A stretch of 64,000 nt of DNA from Candidatus Melainabacteria bacterium RIFCSPLOWO2_02_FULL_35_15 (GTDB lineage: Bacteria > Cyanobacteriota > Vampirovibrionia > 2-02-FULL-35-15). Where the stretch lies: positions 80,966 to 144,965 of the forward strand of contig MFRN01000043.1 of the NCBI GenBank assembly GCA_001784585.1, given 5' to 3'. Every line of letters begins with the position of its first letter. Positions within the stretch are counted from its first letter, which is position 1. A program made the translations under genes and the position numbers. Of the stretch, positions 60,558-64,000 are shown one piece after another. A model generated the notes under the pieces. That model was not told the origin of the DNA. It saw only the letters and a program-made list of their open reading frames with translations, and did not search any database.

Positions 60558-62279
60558 ATGAGTTTAAAAGCTTTTATGTTTAATGAATTTTTATTTATTT
60601 CCTTGCTTCTGCTTCTCACTTTAGTCCTGGCTGTGCCGCTTGGTGAATACATTGCAAAAGTATTTAATGGCAAAGATACAACTGTCAAATCTTTATTTCA
60701 ATGGCTGGAAAAATTAATTTATAAGATATCTGGCATTGATGAAAATAAAGAAATGTCGTGGAAAACTTATGTGTTTTCTGTTTTAATCTTTAGTATTTTC
60801 AGTATCTTTGGGCTTTTTTTACTGCAGGAACTACAGGGCCATTTACCATTAAATCATGAACACTTTGGCCCTGTAAGATGGGATACTGCTTTAAACACAG
60901 CTATATCTTTTGCCACTAACACAAACTGGCAGTCTTATAGTGGTGAAGAAACAATGAGTTACCTTACGCAGATGCTTGGTCTTGCAGTACAAAATTTTGT
61001 TTCTGCTGCAACTGGGATTGCTGTTTGTATGGCATTTATTCGTGGTTTTACAAGGGCTGCTACAAATACCATTGGAAATTTCTGGGTAGATTTAACACGT
61101 TCAATTGTCTATCTTCTCTTACCATTATCAATAATATTAGCTTTTATTTTTATTTCAGAAGGAATAATTCAGTCGCTTAAACCTTATGTTATTGTACAAA
61201 CTCTTGAAAAAAACAGCCAAATAATACCCCTTGGTCCGGTCGCATCACAGGTTGCAATAAAGTTTTTAGGTACTAACGGCGGTGGTTTTTTTCATGCAAA
61301 CTCAGCTCACCCGTTTGAAAATCCTACTCTAATTACAAATTTTTTTGAAATCCTGGCAATGTTACTTATACCGGTAGCATTGCCATTTGCTTTTGGTGCA
61401 ATGATAAATTCCAGAAAACAAGGATGGTCAATTTTTGCCACAATGGCTATTTTGTTTTTTGTGGAATTTCTTACAGCAACTTGCTTTGAATTAAAAGGAA
61501 ATCCTCTGCTTAAACAGTTAGGCATAGCTGGTGGAACTAATATGGAAGGAAAAGAAGTAAGGTTTGGGATAATTTCTTCAGTTCTTTTTGCCCACAGTAC
61601 TACAGCAACTTCATGCGGAGGAGTATGTAGTATGCATGATAGCTTTACACCTATTCCCGGATTGATTCTTTTATTTAACATGGGAATTGGTGAAGTTATT
61701 TTTGGCGGTGTTGGTGTTGGACTTATTGGGTTACTTATTTATGCAATTCTGACAATGTTTATAGTCGGTCTGATGATAGGAAGAAGCCCGGAGTTTCTGG
61801 GGAAAAAGCTGGAGCCATTTGAAATGTTAATGTCAGTTATCTGCCTTTTATCACCACCCTTGTCGGTACTTATATTTGGAGGAATTGCTATTTCAATTAG
61901 TGCAGGGCTATCAGCATTAAATAATTTTGGACCACATGGTTTATCTGAGATCCTTTATACATTTGCTTCTGCCAGTGGAAATAATGGTTCAGCATTTGGG
62001 GGGGTAAATGCAAACACTTTGTTTTATAATTTTGCAACCTCACTTGCTATGCTTATAGGAAGATTTACCACTCTTATTCCGGCACTTGCAATTGCCGGCT
62101 CACTTTCACAAAAACGTTTTATACCAAAAGGTTCCGCTACATTCACTACCCATGTCCCTATTTTTGTATGGCTATTGGTTGTGGTAGTTATTATTATGGG
62201 AGGATTAACTTATTTCCCGGTTTTGGCATTAGGACCAATACTGGAGCACATGCTAATGCATCTTGGTTCTACTTTTTAA
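60558..62279 (+). CDS. kdpA: Potassium-transporting ATPase subunit A
   Basis: 573 aa, ~10 TM helices. KdpA selectivity-filter-like motifs (..ATNTNWQSYSGE.., ..GTNGGGFF..). Confidence 0.9.
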   Translation: MSLKAFMFNEFLFISLLLLLTLVLAVPLGEYIAKVFNGKDTTVKSLFQWLEKLIYKISGIDENKEMSWKTYVFSVLIFSIFSIFGLFLLQELQGHLPLNHEHFGPVRWDTALNTAISFATNTNWQSYSGEETMSYLTQMLGLAVQNFVSAATGIAVCMAFIRGFTRAATNTIGNFWVDLTRSIVYLLLPLSIILAFIFISEGIIQSLKPYVIVQTLEKNSQIIPLGPVASQVAIKFLGTNGGGFFHANSAHPFENPTLITNFFEILAMLLIPVALPFAFGAMINSRKQGWSIFATMAILFFVEFLTATCFELKGNPLLKQLGIAGGTNMEGKEVRFGIISSVLFAHSTTATSCGGVCSMHDSFTPIPGLILLFNMGIGEVIFGGVGVGLIGLLIYAILTMFIVGLMIGRSPEFLGKKLEPFEMLMSVICLLSPPLSVLIFGGIAISISAGLSALNNFGPHGLSEILYTFASASGNNGSAFGGVNANTLFYNFATSLAMLIGRFTTLIPALAIAGSLSQKRFIPKGSATFTTHVPIFVWLLVVVVIIMGGLTYFPVLALGPILEHMLMHLGSTF

Positions 62280-62288
62280 AAGAAATTT

Positions 62289-64000
62289 ATGGACACTGAA
62301 AAAACAACAATCTGGGAATCAAAATTATTTTGGGAGGCTTTTAAAGAGTCTTTCATTAAGCTAAATCCGTTTAGCCTAAGAAGAAATATTGTAATGCTTG
62401 TAGTTGAAATAGGCTCAATAATTACAACTGTTGTAACTGTGCAAAACATAATTAATCATGAAAGTTTTTCTTTTAATCTTCAAATAACTTTGTGGCTCTG
62501 GTTTACTATCTTATTTGCTAATTTTGCAGAGTCGCTTGCTGAAGGGAGAAGTAAAGCACAGGCAAGATCGCTTCAGCAGACCCGTATCGAGACTTTTGGA
62601 AACAGATTATCAGCAGATGGAACTTGTGAGCGTGTTTCTGCCATGTCTCTAAGAAAAGGAGATATAGTCTTGGTTTGTGAAAATGAAATAATACCAGGGG
62701 ACGGTGAAATTGTTCATGGAGCAGGGCTTATTGATGAATCAGCAATTACAGGTGAATCAGCTGCTGTTTTAAGGGAAGCAGGCAGTGACAGGGATGCTGT
62801 AACAATAGGGACAAGAATAATTTCAGGTAAAATAAAAGTTAAAATTACTGCTGACCCTGGCAATACTTTTCTTGACCATATGATTGCAATGGTAGAAAGT
62901 GCTCACAGGCAAAAGACACCCAGTGAGGTTGCGCTTGAAATTTTGCTCATTGGATTAACAGTTGTATTTTTAGTTGTAACAATTACGCTGATTGGGTTTG
63001 CCGGCTATTTGAATATATTTATCAGCGTAACTGTCCTCATTTCACTTTTAGTATGTCTTATGCCGACAACAATTGGCGGATTACTGCCTGCTATTGGAAT
63101 AGCAGGAATGGAACGACTGGTTAGAAATAATGTAATTGCAATTAGTGGAAGAGCTATTGAAGCATCAGGTGATGTTGATATTGTTCTGCTTGATAAGACA
63201 GGAACAATTACTCTTGGAAACAGAATTGCCTCTGATTTTATTCCTGATGACGGTATAGATGAGCAGCTTTTAGCTGAGACAGCATTACTGTCTTCTATAG
63301 CAGATGAAACACCTGAAGGTAGAAGTATAGTAACTCTGGCCAAAAATAAACTTGGTGTAAGAGGAAAAGATATTCAGGTTCCGGAAGAAGCTATTTTTGT
63401 GCCTTTTAGTGTTCATACCAGGATGAGCGGACTTACTTGTCCTGATGGTGAAATCCGAAAAGGTGCATATGATGCAATAGAAAAATTTATTGCTGAACGC
63501 CAGGGTGTTATTTCAGAAAAATTAAAAGGATATGTAGAAATTATTGCTAAAGAAGGCGGGACACCGCTTGTTGTGGCAAGAGGCGGGAAAGCAATAGGAG
63601 TGATATACCTGAAAGATATTATTAAGCATGGGATTAAAGAGAGATTGTCTGAGCTGCGGAAGTTAGGAATCCGTTCAGTAATGATTACAGGGGACAATCC
63701 GCTTACTGCATCTACAATTGCAAGAGAATCCGGTGTTGATGATTTTATTGCTGAAGCTAAACCTGAAATCAAGTTACAGCTAATAAGAGAATATCAAAGC
63801 AAAGGATATCTTGTGGCAATGATTGGGGATGGAACAAACGATGCACCGGCACTTGCACAGGCAGATGTAGGCATTGCAATGAATGCAGGTACACAGGCAG
63901 CCAGGGAAGCATCAAATATGGTTGATTTGGATTCTAATCCTACAAAGGTAATAAGCATTGTTGAAATCGGAAAACAAATTCTCATTACACGGGGTTCACT
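62289..64000 (+). CDS. kdpB: Potassium-transporting ATPase subunit B (P-type ATPase), 3'-truncated by the window end
   Basis: Frame continuing from the ATG near 62289 (MDTEKTTIWESKLFWEAFKESFIKLNP..). Downstream P-type motifs DKTGTIT and GDGTNDAPALAQADVGIAM. Not in the ORF track because it has no stop within the window. Confidence 0.9.
   Translation, partial: MDTEKTTIWESKLFWEAFKESFIKLNPFSLRRNIVMLVVEIGSIITTVVTVQNIINHESFSFNLQITLWLWFTILFANFAESLAEGRSKAQARSLQQTRIETFGNRLSADGTCERVSAMSLRKGDIVLVCENEIIPGDGEIVHGAGLIDESAITGESAAVLREAGSDRDAVTIGTRIISGKIKVKITADPGNTFLDHMIAMVESAHRQKTPSEVALEILLIGLTVVFLVVTITLIGFAGYLNIFISVTVLISLLVCLMPTTIGGLLPAIGIAGMERLVRNNVIAISGRAIEASGDVDIVLLDKTGTITLGNRIASDFIPDDGIDEQLLAETALLSSIADETPEGRSIVTLAKNKLGVRGKDIQVPEEAIFVPFSVHTRMSGLTCPDGEIRKGAYDAIEKFIAERQGVISEKLKGYVEIIAKEGGTPLVVARGGKAIGVIYLKDIIKHGIKERLSELRKLGIRSVMITGDNPLTASTIARESGVDDFIAEAKPEIKLQLIREYQSKGYLVAMIGDGTNDAPALAQADVGIAMNAGTQAAREASNMVDLDSNPTKVISIVEIGKQILITRGS

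Noticed and set aside
63005-63985. Three minus-strand ORFs (112, 119 and 63 aa)
   Set aside because: Antisense to kdpB, whose plus-strand frame carries the DKTGT and GDGTNDAPAL P-type ATPase motifs.

Overview
This 64-kb window is a low-GC (about one third G+C) bacterial chromosomal segment made up almost entirely of core housekeeping genes. I found no transposase, integrase, CRISPR array or obvious defence island.

Content, from start to end:
- LPS and outer-membrane genes: O-antigen ligase, GT9 heptosyltransferase, bamA-skp-lpxD-wecB.
- A large ribosomal-protein cluster: rplD-rplW-rplB-rpsS-rplV-rpsC-rplP-rpmC-rpsQ-rplN-rplX-rplE-[tRNA-Gly]-rpsZ-rpsH-rplF-rplR-rpsE-rplO-secY. It lacks rpmD (L30) and is followed by an orphan mlaE-like permease.
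- A detached, inverted tuf-rpsJ-rplC block on the opposite strand.
- comM/yifB, cdd, efp-accB, radA, pepA, an orphan 5S rRNA with its own promoter and terminator, upp, eno and tRNA-Leu.
- rpoB followed by a split beta-prime gene (rpoC1 + rpoC2, the cyanobacterial-type arrangement).
- trpB, glycerate kinase, pyrR coupled to an OppF-like ABC ATPase, a long-chain acyl-CoA synthetase, ribD, an SLH-domain protein, a CpdA-like phosphodiesterase, feoB with a coupled zinc-ribbon protein, kdpA and a partial kdpB.

The split rpoC, cyanobacterial-like RpoB/RpoC1 sequences, the SLH protein, low GC content and the absence of photosynthesis genes point to a non-photosynthetic cyanobacterial relative (Melainabacteria-like). 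This is inference.

The non-canonical signals are RNA and DNA elements rather than proteins:
1. A conserved SD-hairpin-AUG leader module with compensatory stem changes, found four times (before rplN, rpsJ, accB and the acyl-CoA synthetase gene).
2. A second hairpin family with the loop TGGTTTATCCA.
3. Perfect 22-24 bp GAGACGTT..AACGTCTC palindromes in two divergent promoter regions, plus related GTAGAGAC-armed hairpins, one of them inside pepA.
4. Paired ATGTAACC-N3-GGTTACAT operator-like sites upstream of comM.
5. A tRNA-Gly inside the spc operon.
6. Lineage-specific ribosomal protein extensions, including a His-Asp repeat tail on L22.

The ORF track accepts TTG/GTG starts and reports the longest ORFs, so several true starts are probably internal ATGs. 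I adjusted these where the homology is clear. Coordinates I counted by hand (RNA genes and motifs) may be off by 1-2 nt.
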